A DNA stretch of 64,000 bases from the human T2T-CHM13v2.0 reference genome, Homo sapiens, in NCBI RefSeq assembly GCF_009914755.1, contig NC_060926.1. One strand, written 5' to 3'. Position 1 is the first letter of the stretch, and every line of letters starts with the position of its first letter. Position numbers and translations under genes: made by a program. Below are positions 44,541 to 59,480 of the stretch, one piece after another. The notes under the pieces were generated by a model that saw only the letters and a program-made list of their open reading frames with translations, made no database searches and was not told the origin of the DNA.

Positions 44541-47500
44541 CATTAAATCTCTTTAGAACTTGACTTATTTTTGAAAAATGAGTACTATTACTTCTCTAAA
44601 TGTATATAGTATATTTCTATAATCTTCATATTTCCAATGAGTTAGTCAACTGTTAAGAAATAGAAAATTTGTGAAAATACTATAGCAAAGAAAGACTAAC
44701 CTGACTCAGTCAATTAGTAATTTGTATCTTTTGTCTCCAGACTCCTATCTTCCTGAACACATTGTCAGTGGTCATACAAGACTGCATTTTAATTTAGATA
44801 CAAAGACATAAAAATTGGATTTCAGAGAATAGACATATTTTGCTATTTACTTCTGTGGTGACAGACATAATTCCTGTCAGTCAGTCATCTAACTTCAACT
44901 AACCTCTGTCATTCCCCTCACCACTAAGGGGCAATACAGCAGCACACATGTCACTGTAATTAGCATGCAGCAGCAACTTTCATTAGACCAATGATCTCCA
45001 ATAAGATTTTCCCAAGGGCTGCATTCAGTTATGTGTAATCGTTAGGCGGGCCACACATGTATTAGCATATAATTTGCACATGATTTGCATATGCATTTAA
45101 AGATTGCATCCTATTTCTCTGGATATTTCTAGTAAAAATGTAATTACTACAACATTGAAGGTTGTGATTTCTCTTTCTCTGCACTATCCCACCACATCTG
45201 ACTCATGTCTCGTGACAGAATAGTTCAGCAGAAAACCAGGAAAAGCCAGCAGGGAGGAAATAGTCAGTAGAGATGGTTAGGGTCAATAGAAATCTTTTTG
45301 GGGGCACTAATGATGAGAACTGAGAGTATATTGCATTAGACAGTTTGTCTCTTTTATAAGGATAAAGGAATAAATGCCCACTGGGTGGACCTTCTAAGAA
45401 ATGTCTTTATAGTTACTGCTGATATCTTGTTGAGCATCTTTTTTTCAAACCTCATTACAGGCTAAACAGCAAATTATCTATTATCACTTGGGAAATCTCA
45501 GTTACCTCTTAATTCTAATAGTGTAGTCACATAACAACTTTAACTGAGTTTTCTACTAAACCTAATTACTCTCTGTTTTGAGCACTAATTTTAAGTGGAG
45601 AGCTCTCTATTTCCTTTAGTATTTTTTAATTCATATGGACCAGTCCCACACACTTGGAGATCATACCCACTCCCAATTAAAGAGCTTCCTGGTGCATTCA
45701 TATTTGGTTAGGTAAAGGAAAAGTTACAAGGAAGCGCACATGATTGGTATAGGACAAAATTAGTAAAAATTGGGAATAAGTACACATGCATAGACACAGA
45801 CATTCTCACACATTTTTAAATACATATATGTTCTTATGTTTGTGAAAAAAAATTATTTTCTCCCTCTCTGACTTCTTCTGCAATCAATTCAAAATCTACA
45901 TTTGTTTATCTGGGAAAATGTTCTTACTGCTAATTAGATAGAGTTAGATAATACATAGATAATAGCTAGATGACAGAGAGGATCATAAAAATTCTGGTGG
46001 TTGTAGACTGAAGACATATAACTACTAGAAAAAAAGTAGTATAGTCCTATTTCCTCTATATGTTTCACCAGTGTTCTATTTATGCTTTGTTATTTCAGAT
46101 GGTCAGAACCACGTAAGAAAATTGTTAAAAGCAGAATTTCCCTTACCTACTCTGGTGTTCTTTGAACTTCTAGGGCCAGGCCAGGAATCAGTAGAATGCT
46201 TTCAAATAAGGTCACACAATTTTTGGATGATAGAGCCAGGACTTGAATCAATACTTGTATAATTCCCTATTCTACCTTTAAAGTCTTGATTTTATGATCT
46301 CATTTATGTGCATAGTGAACAGACATCATATTCTGTTTTGTGAGTAGAACAAAATTAAGCAATTCTCAGTACTTTGTTCTTGCAGTTCATGATAACAAAG
46401 GACGCACAGAACAGAACTCATCTGTTGGCCAAACACTTAGTTAACATCCTCAACAGTGAATTAATAGAAGATGAAAAGATACATTTTTTCCTGCATCTTC
46501 TTCTAGTCAACCAGTTCTTTTGTCCCAAATTCTAGTATGATTTGGCACTATCAGCAACACATATCTTTGGTTTACCCATTGTATCCCTGGAAAGTGAATG
46601 TATCTGTAATATAATAAATTATCTGTAAGCAATTTTTTATTGGATAAACAAGTATGAATGTATAACTGTTACACAAATTGTTTATAACATAGGAAGCAGT
46701 TCATGATGTATTAAGTAAAAATGTAGGCTACAAAGTTTTTTCTTAATAGTTTGATCCCATTTTGGGGTAAGGAAGACAGAGGGACACATATTAATGAAAT
46801 TATAGTTCATTGATAGTGTGGAATTATGGTTTCTTTTTCATAAGTTTGTCTTATTTTTTTAAATGTATATTTTTATAATAAAAACAAAAATGTTGTACGT
46901 TTGTTTTTGTTTTATTTTAAATATAGTGGCCCCTTCTACTACATCTTGGTAGGACTTTATGGAACACAGTTGGAAAACCCACATTATAATTAACGATCCA
47001 GGGTTCCAATATGAAATGTGGGCTTAAGTTTCTTACTTAACAGCCCCATCTCCTTATTCAATTTACTTTTTGGTGTTATTTATGTAAAAATCTGCCTCTT
47101 TCTTTAAACTGAAACTGTCTTAAGACCAAAAGCACATATTATTTATTTCTGTGGTCATCTCATCCTGATGCCAACCCTAGTAATAAGCTCATATGTAGCC
47201 TGCACCCAAAAGATATTTACAAAAATTTGTTCAATAGCTTAATTAAAACAGTAAGCGCCACAAAATTATATAGCTTACTAGTGAGTATATAATATAAGCA
47301 CCCTTTTTGAAAATAAATCTGAAATTTAAAGAAACTTGGTAGCCTAATTTCTTAATGAACTCTATTGCCATTGGTCATGTCACTTCATAAATAAAAGTCG
47401 TTGATCACAAGGAAAACCAGACTAGAGCACCATCAATCATGTCTATTGGGGAAAAACAAAACACTTCAAGTAATATGTTTATGGTTCATTCTGTTCCTGA

Positions 47501-49479
47501 TCACAAATAAATCATTAATTCAAAACTCCTGAAAGTAGTCATTTACCTAACCACAAAAGCTAAAGAGTAGGAAAAAAATTGTAATGCAAGAAAAATATGT
47601 AAGTAAGCTTGAAATCATGAAAGAAGTGAAAGTATGGGAAAATCTCACCAAGTCTAAAGAACTTCTATATTTTTAACTTTAGGTTGAGGAATATCTCCAT
47701 TGATTTCTTTTTCATAAAGAATGAATACTTGGGCTCAATGGCAAGGAAATTAGAATTATAATAACTTTTTTATATCAGAGCTAAACCCTACATAGTTTCA
47801 TCCCACCCAAAATGATCCTTTTCAGGATAATCCATTAACTGAGGTTTCCCATTCCAATTTACTATTGTTTTTCTCCTAGAGTACTGCCTAAACTGCATAA
47901 TTTGATAAGACTGTGCGTATTCCTAGGCCTATGTGCAGTAACAGTTTAACCTTCCAGGTAACAATTGTGATAACACCTGAACCCAAAGGAATATCTCTAA
48001 TTATAGACATTTCAGCCATCACTGCAGAGTGGAAAAAAATATTCCAAGCCAGTTGGATCTATAAGTGCTTTGGCTACACTTTAACTAAATAGATGCTTTT
48101 TGGTAGCAATGGCTCAATTAATAGTCTTCATGTTTCTTTCTGTGTTTGCTTTAGCCCTTGGAGTTTAGCACCTTTGGTGCGAAACAAATGTATAATCATG
48201 GCAGTAAGTCCAAAATTTTCCTTTACCTGCAGAACCAGCTTAACATTCTATATTATTGAAATTATATAGTAGTATAAACATGAATAGAAAGCTACTTAAA
48301 CTGGAACCACAGAATAGTTCTTTAAACAAGCTCAAAGCACATCACCATTATTCTTTTCCAATCATTATTTACAAAGTTTTTGTTATTATACTTGCCACAC
48401 TAAGGATATATAATGACCTACACATTTCAGTACAGTAAAGAATAAACATTAGTTGCCTTAAGACCTTTTTAGAAATAGTTTTTTTCAACAAACCCGTTTG
48501 GAAAAAAACATGTATCTTAAAATACAAACTTCAGAGTTCCATTTCTACTTTTGGCAGACTCTGTTTCAATTACCTATAAGCCTAAGTAATTCATATAAAT
48601 TTCTTCTTCTTCATTAACATTGAGCACCTGAGAAAAATCATATAAGGCTTTCAGAATCCAGATTTTCACTAGATAAATGGCAAAATGAAATGATTATTAT
48701 TCATGATATCAGTTGGCCTCTTCAGATACATACCTATGACTGTAGGTATGTAAATCTACCATGTTTAACTGAGTACATTAGCACTGCAGATTGAATAACC
48801 CACAACCCAGGGACAGAAATAATTATATTAAAGCTCATTTCAAGCCATGTAGTTCTCTATTAGTAATTGTATTGAGCTATTGAGACACAATCATTAGAGA
48901 CATAAAATGGTCATTTTGTATATTAGTAGTAAAAGAAAAAATCGTAAACTTTTAAGGAGAATTCATAAAATATGTACTTTTGACTCCCAGTTAAAACATT
49001 GATTAAATTGGATGCTACAAAAAAGGGCACTAAAAGCTAGGAAACATCACCAAGGAGGGTGACTACCAACAACCACCTAAACTTTTTACAAGCATCTAGT
49101 CACCAATAAGGTAGCATGTACAAGGCTTCAAACACCTATTTTATCAAATGCACCTGGAAAACTGAGGTGCTCCCATCAAACTGCTGAATGCTTTATCTGG
49201 GGAAAAACTGACAGCCAAGGAACAACCCTGAACTGAAAGAGATGGAGAGTGTTGCCCATATTCTGTAACTCAATTTTTTCCTGAGAAATGTCAAAAATTT
49301 CTAATTAACAGGTTACTCTACTTTACATAATAAATATTTTTTATTATAATATTCTAAGAAAAACATATCTAATTGGACAACTCTTTTTAAAACATTCACA
49401 TTGTTTTGTTTTACTATAACTGTCTCTAAACCTTGGTTTACAGCACATTATACTGCTTTTGTGTAAACTTACAAATACA

Positions 49480-49680
49480 GGTAGATGCTTCACATGTACT
49501 AAACTATTTGCTCCTCAAAACAAAGTGTTGTGAGTACTGTAACTAATCTCATTTAAAGGAAAGAGAACTAAAGCACAAAAAGGCATAAGAATTTGCCCAA
49601 AGTTACACAGCTTGGAAGAAACAGATCTCAGATTCAAACCCAGATATTAAGGCTCTAGAGCCCATCTTCTAAACGCTACA
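49480..49680 (-). mobile_element. MIR
   Basis: tttgcccaaagttacacagct...gattcaaacccag. Confidence 0.7.
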
Positions 49681-50160
49681 TATTTACTTTCATCAGTTCC
49701 AAAGTTTACTCTGAACATTGTTAAGACAAATTCACCATTTCTTACTTCTGTTTATGAAAGTTTAAGTATTTTAATGTTCGATGTTTTCTCTTGTCCTCAA
49801 AAGAAAATTGAGACATGGGAAGGCAGTGAATAATGGCTTTATACATCACACCTCCAAAACCTCAACCTTTCCCAACAACCCCTTAACTGGTGACTATGTT
49901 GAAGTGAGTTAATGAAATTAACTACTTCTTTTTTAAGCTTAAAGGATCTATCAGTTAATCATTTCATTTTTACAAAACCTTCCTTCATACTACACATTGA
50001 AAGGGTTAAATGTGATTTCTGCAAAAATCCTTGAGGGCAATGCTATTAATAGAAAAAGGCAAAATTAATTGTACTACGTATCTTTTAGGCACATTGGTTT
50101 TTACTGCTGAGGGCTTAGGCGCAAGCAATCCCTCCACAAACTATGTACAGTATATATGAA

Positions 50161-50270
50161 AATACAAATATTTTTATTATATATAATATAAACATAGTAT
50201 ATATAATACAAATATATTATTATATATAATATAAACATAGTATATATAATACAAATATATTATTATATTA
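50161..50270. repeat. ~43-bp AT-rich minisatellite, about 2.5 copies
   Basis: aatacaaatatattattatatataatataaacatagtatatat units start at 50161, 50205 and 50248. Confidence 0.9.
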
Positions 50271-50769
50271 CTTATTATATATATCACTCTCTCTCTAGGT
50301 GTACTATCTCTCCATCTAGAGAGAAAGAGAGTGAGAGAGAAAGACAGAGAGAAACCCAGAAATAGAGAGACATATCATCCTGGAGCTGCAGTTAGACTTA
50401 GGCAGAACTTATACTTCAGAAATAGTGTCTCTGAAAAATCAAAGTATAAACCAATATAAGCACGAACATGATACATAACTGACTCACGGAAAGTATGATA
50501 CAAGAGCTAAGGAGTCCCTCACCACATGTTAACTTCCTACAGTGAGTTCCAGAATTCTCTAAGATGGAAACATGTAGGAGAGGCAATAACATACCTCATA
50601 GAATTTTAGAAATTCGGAAAAGAGTTTCATGGCCTCTTCTGGTCCCTCCTAAATTAAGTCGTTGATATCACCCACGGGTTACTTGTCTGATTCCTATACT
50701 CATCCTGACCAGATTTGGAATCAATTAACTTTTATTCAATCTATTTTACCATTTTTAATAACAGGTCAG

Positions 50770-50900
50770 GAGTCTCACAAATATTATCTCACTATTAGTC
50801 CCAATTTTACAAATGAAGGAACTGAGGCTCGGAGAAATTGAGAATCCCATATGTAGGCCATAAACAGCAGAGCTGGTATTCAAACTCACATCTGCTGACT
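50770..50900 (-). mobile_element. MIR
   Basis: ttttacaaatgaaggaactgaggctcggaga...cagagctggtattcaaac. Confidence 0.7.
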
Positions 50901-53900
50901 TTATAAAAACAAGATTTTGTTAAAGTACTAATTTCATGTTGTGTCTGAAATTAACTGTACTTCCAAAAAGCTGCCATGCTTCTGTCTGACCCTAAACCAT
51001 ACAAACATGGATATATTTTGGCAGTAGGTCTTTGGTCTTAGCTTTTCTGTAAAGACTCCTTTGACCTGAGGCTCAGCCTACTTAGCTAGAGCCCTAAGCC
51101 ATGTCTAGTTTCTGCCAGGCTGCTTTTCACGAGGGCACATTTCTGATGTCTCTCTCCCTAGATTCTACCCAGCTCCTATTACGTTCCTCCTGAGTCCATG
51201 AACTGCTGGTCACAAGGACTAATCCTCTTTAACTTCATTTCCAGTAGCCAGGGCAGTAAGAGATATGTTTAGGAGAAGAATGGGAAAGAACAGATTTTAA
51301 CTATTTCATAGTTATATCAGACTAAATCTACATAAAGTTATAAAAATACTTGCAAATTGGATAAGACTTTATAATTTACAAAGTGCTTTCCATTTAAGAC
51401 TTTAGCTTTACAATGAGAATTCCCATTTAACAGATAAGAACACTTTGCTTCAGAAAGAATTAATGCTTTATTAGGACTGCCTTATAAAGAAAGAAATTCT
51501 GAGCACTCTTAGTCATTGCCATCCAATTTGAAATCTTAAATAATAAACCTACTTTTTAATAGGTTATTTTAATTTTAGTTTATTTCTAAATATTCTTAGT
51601 GGTACTTTCTATCAGGATAAATCAATCATATTGTAATTTTTTTTAATGATACTTAAAATGCAGCTTGGTTATGGTCTCAATGATTACTACCTATGGAAGG
51701 ACACTTCAAATGCAAAAATATCCCTATTGACTTTTTGTTTTCAGATATGTGAATCTCAAATTGTCTGCATTTGTCAGTCTGGAAGAAATTTTGATAGTCA
51801 AGTTCTATTGCGTTGAACAAAGCTGATCTTTTGCTCTCTTGTTCATCACTACAGAGGGCAGCAACAGACAGCAGAGCTCAGCCTTACACAGGAAATATTA
51901 AAAGTTTCTAGTAAACAAGAAGTTTAAAGACAAAGTCATGCTTTAATCACACCAAATTTTCTTTTGCCTTTATGCAGTTTAAAATTAATGACATCTATAA
52001 ATTTTCATATAAATTAGCAGAAAAATGGAAAAGTACTGGGAAAGACTGGATTCTTTCAAAGGTTAAGTCTCTGATGTTTTGTACTTATGCCAAAATCAGC
52101 ATTAAACAACAAACATAAACTGTGTGTCATACAACATTGAGACAAGTAAAATTTATTCTGTTTTTTTCTTGCCATTTTTCTTACTCATGCTTGTTTTATT
52201 TTATAAATCTCTGTCTTAACAAGTACTTTATATAAATGTTTATTCTCATAGAACAAATACTATTGTTAAAATGTATCCAAACTTACTTTCAATAGCTAAG
52301 AACTTTAAAAGCCATGGTGTTAAGAGAAGATTTACCTGCAAAGTGCCCTCAGGACAGAAATGATTGTGAATTGCAGTTTGCAGGGGAATGAAGACTGTAC
52401 TTGCTTCATAGGTTGGTTGCATAGGCCTAAGACTGATTGTACATGCAAAGGAGGGCAGCAAAGATCTTATGATCAAAAGAGAAGAAATGACTGACAACAC
52501 AGAGCTAGTTCAAAGGAACTAATGGAATAATTAGTCCCAAAAAGACCAAAAAGACTGAAGAATTCATGATGTCATAAAAAGCAGAGCTACTTAAATTGGA
52601 TTAGAAAATAAAAATGACATGAACATTGTAAATATTCACAGATCACATCATTGACGTGTAATGTGCCGTTAAATGATGTCAAATTAAAGGGGAAATTACA
52701 TGTGTTAGAACTAGGATGAATAAAAAGAAGACATTTAAAGATACATGGTCCTTCAAGTGAAAATTCCTAACATATATTACATAGATGATCATCACTCAGA
52801 CAGAAAAACTGGGTGAATGAAATGTAAAATAAAATATGGGGGAAAGGATACTGACTAAAAACAACTCATTTTCAAATATAAATGGTAGTTAACTTTAGAT
52901 TTTAGAGGAATTATTTGGGGAATTTCTTTTACATAAAGCAAACTCAAACATGGTTATTATAAATAACTGATAACTGCAATTTATTTCTTAAAATCTGTCC
53001 TAGGGTTAGCCCTAAGTATTGAATTAGTATGTACGTTTGTCGGAAAAGGAAAGAAGGGTTAGGCCTATTTCAATTTCCACATTCTCCATTTTCTCTTGCT
53101 AATTGTATATGTTATTTGAATCAGCTCAATTATTTGGGAGCTTGTTTGGAGCTTATATAAGTAATAAAAAGAAAAACACAAGAATACTACATAAAGTAAG
53201 TGTAATGTTTGTCCTTTCCTGAGTTTCAGAAATATCCCTTGAAGATAATCACATTCATTAACATATAAACCAATCTGAATTAACACACAGCTCAAATACT
53301 TCCAAAATGTATATAAATACATGGATAGCTTCGGGGTAGTCTATAAATGTTTACCAAAGCAACATTTTCATTCCTGATGTATCTTTTTTTTGACAAATGA
53401 CTTAGAAACTATTATATAAAAATCATTCACCTTTTAACTGACTCTTAGTTTCTGTTTATCTATTTTTACTAGCAGTAAGTTCAGCTTTACCTGAATCTTA
53501 TGTCATATTAACTAGATAGCAAGTACCTTTCTTATATTGACGCTTATTGTTAATAGCATTTAGCATTCTGTACTATAACCTTAGTACCTCAAATTGACAG
53601 AAGAAGCAAAGTCAAGATAAACAATAGACATTATACTCCTCCAAGTCGACTAACATTCAAAAGGTACTATAAGTGCCCAATATAACTTTTCTCTATTCTC
53701 AAAAATTCCCTAGGTCTCTTTTTGGTCTATGAAAAGGCCAGTGTGTTAAGGTAAAAAAAATGTAATCCAGGTTGCAATGAAATATTTTTTTAAATGCATT
53801 ATCAGTAGGCATAATCCCCAGTCTTAAAGCATTTCACAAAGCACATGGAACTTGCTCCAGCTCATTACATTCTCCACAAGAGAACAAACTATCAGACAAT

Positions 53901-54542
53901 GTGGTTTGGGAAGCAGTGTTTGTCTGGGTAATGATGGAGACCACATCTCCTTCCCAGGCTTGTGGTCCTAGGGAACTCTATAAGAGCTCATTCCTCAGAA
54001 GAGAGAATGAAACATGTGGCGCAGGGGTGGCAGAGTGCTTCTATTACGGTCCAAGCTAATTTATTCATAGACAGAAAAATGGCATGCTTACATATTGCAA
54101 ACCAGTGTATAAAATTTCTGCTTCTTTTCAGCCTAAAAAAAAGGGCATTAATTGTTTACTACTTCAGACTTCACTTATATGGAAAAAAATAGATTTGTTG
54201 TTGTTGTAGGAAGAAAGGGAGGGAATCTACTATAAACTAAGTTCTGTACTAGTCACTTAATATATACAAATATATGTACTGTATTAATTTTATTCCTCAT
54301 AATAATGAAGAAATGATATCAGAGAAATCAGCCATACCAGAAGCTAATTGTAAATGTAAGAATTCAAGTCCATTTTGTCTGACTTCAAAGCTGATGATCT
54401 TCCTTTAATGGACGTATCAAAATCTCACATTATGTAACCACTATATTTAACAACACATTTGGGCCTAATTTGGGAATAAAATTTTGGTCTTTACCCTAGA
54501 AACTATTACCTTACAGAAAGCCAATTAGTGTCGATAGTATGA

Positions 54543-54863
<321 letters not shown>

Positions 54864-54879
54864 TTAAAATTTGCATCTT

Positions 54880-55050
54880 TACCCATCATCAAGCTGTTTG
54901 ATTTTGAGCAAGTCACTTAGCCTCTCTGTGCCATAATTTCCCATCTGTAAAAATGGAATAAAGATAATAACAATACTGCATAGGGTTGTTCTGAGAATTA
55001 AAGTAGTTATATATACAATGAACTTGGAGCAATACTTAGCACAGGTGTGC
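54880..55050 (+). mobile_element. MIR
   Basis: gagcaagtcacttagcctctctgtgcc...catctgtaaaaatgg...agggttgttctgagaattaaa. Confidence 0.8.
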
Positions 55051-57151
55051 TATATTAATTCAATGCAAGCAATGTCAATCCACAATTTAAAAAATTGATA
55101 ACATTTTTATTAACACATCTCAGAAATATAAGAAATTTGCAAACTAAACTTACAACTGTTGTGTGGAATTTGGGGTGGGATATATCCAGAAAAAAATCAT
55201 TGATAAGAAAAATGATGAAGAAATACAGAGAAAAAGATGAAAATGTGAGAGAATGTAAATGAAGTAAATGATTGAAATAACTGCAACAGGTTATTTAGAA
55301 TTAATCATAGACACTTAAATATGCATTAAATTCCTAGTTCTATTAAGAAGAAAAAAATAAGATTAGGTTTCTGTTCCTGAAACTTAAGTAAATCACATTC
55401 CTAATATAATTTTTCAAAACCAGCTTAAAGTTTCTGGGGATACTAATTTGATTTTATTTTGAAGGGTGGATGGTAAAGGACTGGATTCTCTTTTCGCCCC
55501 ATATCCTGCAGGTGAAGAGGAAAAGAAAGAAGGGACACTCACTCTAGCAATGGTTAATTTTTACAAAGTATTTGGAACACTTCAGAAAATCAGTATAGAC
55601 TATACTAGCATGGAAGCTTTTGAAGGATTAATAAATCTGTTCTGAAGATTCCTACTGCAGATGTGGCATGTAGGAAGGGTATATATGGCCTAAGGTAAAA
55701 CTCTTGACAAGACAGAGGGTGTCTGGATTCTGCATTGGCCTAGGATATGACAAGTGATTGTAAATTTCCTTTTGCAGTCTATAATCTTGTCAGAAAGTAA
55801 TGCAATCCTCTCTGTTGCAATTTTCATTAATATTTAGACTAACTTTAATGTGGAAAATGGACTGAATACTGAGTACAAACTGTTTTATTGACTCAACCAG
55901 TAGACAGCCTTGTAGTTTTACCAATGTTTCTAATTCGGTTGCAATGATTTGATCATTAACATCATACAAAGGATTTTTATACACATACCCTTACTTACAT
56001 TATCTGTGGGCTATTTTCGGAGTTATATCATATCTCAAAGAAAAGTAATTCTATAATATATCAGAATGTTCCCACATTTTATCAAGTATATCAGTAACAA
56101 ATGATTCTAACTGGTGACTAACAGAGAAAGCAATATATAAAAAATAACATTATCATAATGTTTAAGTAAATTAACCTATTTTAGGCATAGTATAAGCAGT
56201 ATGATTTGATAAAGACTATTTTCAATCAATATAGGCACTCATCATAGGGGAAATGATCACAAATAATGTGGATTTACTCTGCAACATTGAGAAAATGCAA
56301 ATAAAGTCAGATTATCAACCACAAAAAGTACTTTTCTAATCTCTTTCTTGTTTCCTGGAAAAATGCAATGAGGACAAGAATGCCCAATTGTATTCCAAAG
56401 CATTCCAGCCCCATTCCAGGGGAAAAGTTAGCAATAGGATCTTAATATGTAATCAATTGCATAGTATCAAGAATAAAATTTCAAAAAATAAAAATATTTG
56501 AATATTTTCCTTAAGATCTTTTAGAAATCTTGTTCCTATTTTCTTGTCTGGGTTATCCTTATGACATTCTATCTGAAGAAATAGCAGTATGGATTCATTT
56601 AAATTGATTGAATAAGAGTTCCATCGAAACAAAATAATTTTTGTTTAAATATAAAGAGGAAAAGTCAATCAATAGGTCTTTATTCATAAAAAATTATATT
56701 ATTATTTGAGCTAAGCATCATTTCTAAATATATGTATACGTAGTTCTCTGAGCTAAAATAATATGTTTTTTCCTCTCATTGATAATGAAATTCAATGATT
56801 CTAGAAATTATTCAGCTAAAGAAGGTGGTTAGTCTAGCATCCAGAAAGCACCAAAAGATGTGATAGCTTTGACTCATAAAGAGGGATTACATTTATTCTG
56901 ATAGATTGCACCAGAGCTACAGAGAGAAAAGTTTCAGTTTATCACAAGGAAAATTTTTAGAAAGATGGCACAGGTTGGCTTCAGAAACATTAATCTAGAC
57001 ACTGTGTAAATTATTTTGTAAAATTTACTGTTCTCTGGATATCTTCTATGAACAACCAGAAATGGAGGAACCAATAAGAAATTGTAACTCCACTCTAACA
57101 GTTCACATATTTTGAAGTATTAGAAAAGCTGATTGGTGAAGGCATTGGAGG

Positions 57152-57441
57152 TTTTTTTTATGGAACAGAGTCTTGCTCTGCTGCCCAGGCTGGAGTGCAA
57201 TGGAGCAATCTCGGCTCACTGAAACCTCCACCTCCTGGGTTCAAGCAATTCTCCTGCCTCAGCCTTCAGAGTAGCCAGGATTACAGGTGCCCATCACCAC
57301 ACCGAGCTAATTTTTATATTTTTGGTAGAGACAGAGTTTCCACATGTTGGTCAGGCTGGTCTTGAACTCCTGACCCAGGTGATCCGCCCACCTCAGCCTT
57401 CCAAAGTGCTGGGATTACAGACATGAGCCACCGTGCCCGGC
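57152..57441 (-). mobile_element. AluS
   Basis: Full antisense dimer with T runs on both sides. Confidence 0.94.
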
Positions 57442-58135
57442 TTTTTTTTTTTTTTTGTCCAGTTTTTATTTTTAGAAAACAGTTCATTAAACTCATGTCA
57501 ACTTCACATTAGTTATATATAATATAAATTAATAATATAAATAAAACATCCTTCTAAACATCTAAATAGTTTGAGCATGGTTTATCGCATCATTAGGCAG
57601 AACACCTCCTTTATGTTATTGCTGATATAGGTATTTCTACAATTTTAGCCTTCATTAGAATTTAGCCTTAGATTCAAGGTTGACTCAGTATTTAGTACTT
57701 AGAAATAAGTTTACATTTTTAATAATGTATATGTTTTGTTTTATTCCTCAGTTTTTAAATGTTGATTCCTGGAGATATAACCTCCTAGTAATGTACTCTT
57801 GCAGATGATTCAAAGGATGGATATAAACCTTTTCTTACACAAAATTGAGAAATGCAAAATAATAAGTAGCTAAAACATAGTATCTTCCACTGTGATTGTT
57901 CTAGAGTCAATGCTTAATCTAATTTTCTGATCAAGTTATGCCTCATACATTTTTTAAGTAATAAAAAGGCATTACTTTAAATTAAAAATATTTGCCTCTG
58001 GTATGAGCATAAAGTATATTCAGAGTAGATGTCATTCTTTAAAATATGTTTTAAAATGTTGGCAAATCTTTATTGATTTTAGAATCTAAACATAGAAAAG
58101 CTAATTTGCAAAAGGATCAAACAAACAAAAAATCA

Positions 58136-58450
<315 letters not shown>

Positions 58451-58929
58451 GACATAGTTTTTCTTTAAGAACATAAACTTGGATAAAATTACTTTTATCC
58501 GCTATGGTTTCTGTTTATTGCCATACAGAAAATTGATAGTATTTGATACCCATCTTCTGGATTCTTCAGCATTACACAGACACAGCCAAAGAGTCAAGAC
58601 AGCTCCTAAGAAAAGGAATCTGTTTGCTTCCTACTTAGTAAAAGCTTGTTTATAGAATAAAACAGAGGCGAATGAGCTATAATCTGAAATTTTAATTTGC
58701 CCTACAATTAATTTACATAATTTGTGAAATGGTAAGTTATTGATTTTCCTAGCTACAAAGATTGCTATCTAAAATTTCTCACATGCAATCTCTGCTTCAT
58801 ACTCTAGTCTTATAAAATGGAAACCTAGTAAGGAATACACTAAAAATTCTTAAACACAAACATTGTCAAGGACATAATATTCTTTCAGAAGTTAAGGTTG
58901 CCCTCAGCTTTTCTGCACAAATTGACTTC

Positions 58930-59480
58930 GCAGTAAATCTAAAGTAAATTTTCCCAACTTCTCTCCCACTTTCCACTCTAATTGATTCTCCATGAAACTG
59001 CTGGGGTTGTCTTCCTAAACAACAATAATAACAAATGAAGAAGAAAAGAAAGAGAAGAGGAAAAAAATGGTAGATAAAAGGGAAAGTAGGACAGACGATG
59101 TCATCCAGCTGCAGAGACCTGCAAGGTGCTTCTCACTCTGTTCCATTCTTGACTCATCGATTATGGTAGTGCTCCACCTTCCCATGATTCAGCAACAGTG
59201 GCACATCTATCTTTCAAGATGATAGATGCACACCCTTTCACACCCTAATACTCCTTTCTTCTTATGCTTTTCATTCATCCCAGAATGCCTCCCCCATCTA
59301 TTTTTCTTATCTCTTACTTAATTAAGAACTTGGTAAAACGTGACTTCTTTCATGAAGCTTTTCCTAATATTTCAGGTATAATTTGTTGTCCCTTCTGATG
59401 TGCTCTTATTGCAACTAGATTATAAGCTCCTTCAGAGCAGAGATCATATCATGGTTGATGATAATAAATGCTTCCTGGAT
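58930..59480 (+). mobile_element. L2 fragments
   Basis: cagaatgcctcccc, atgaagcttttcct, actagattataagctccttcagagcagaga, aataaatgctt. Confidence 0.6.
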
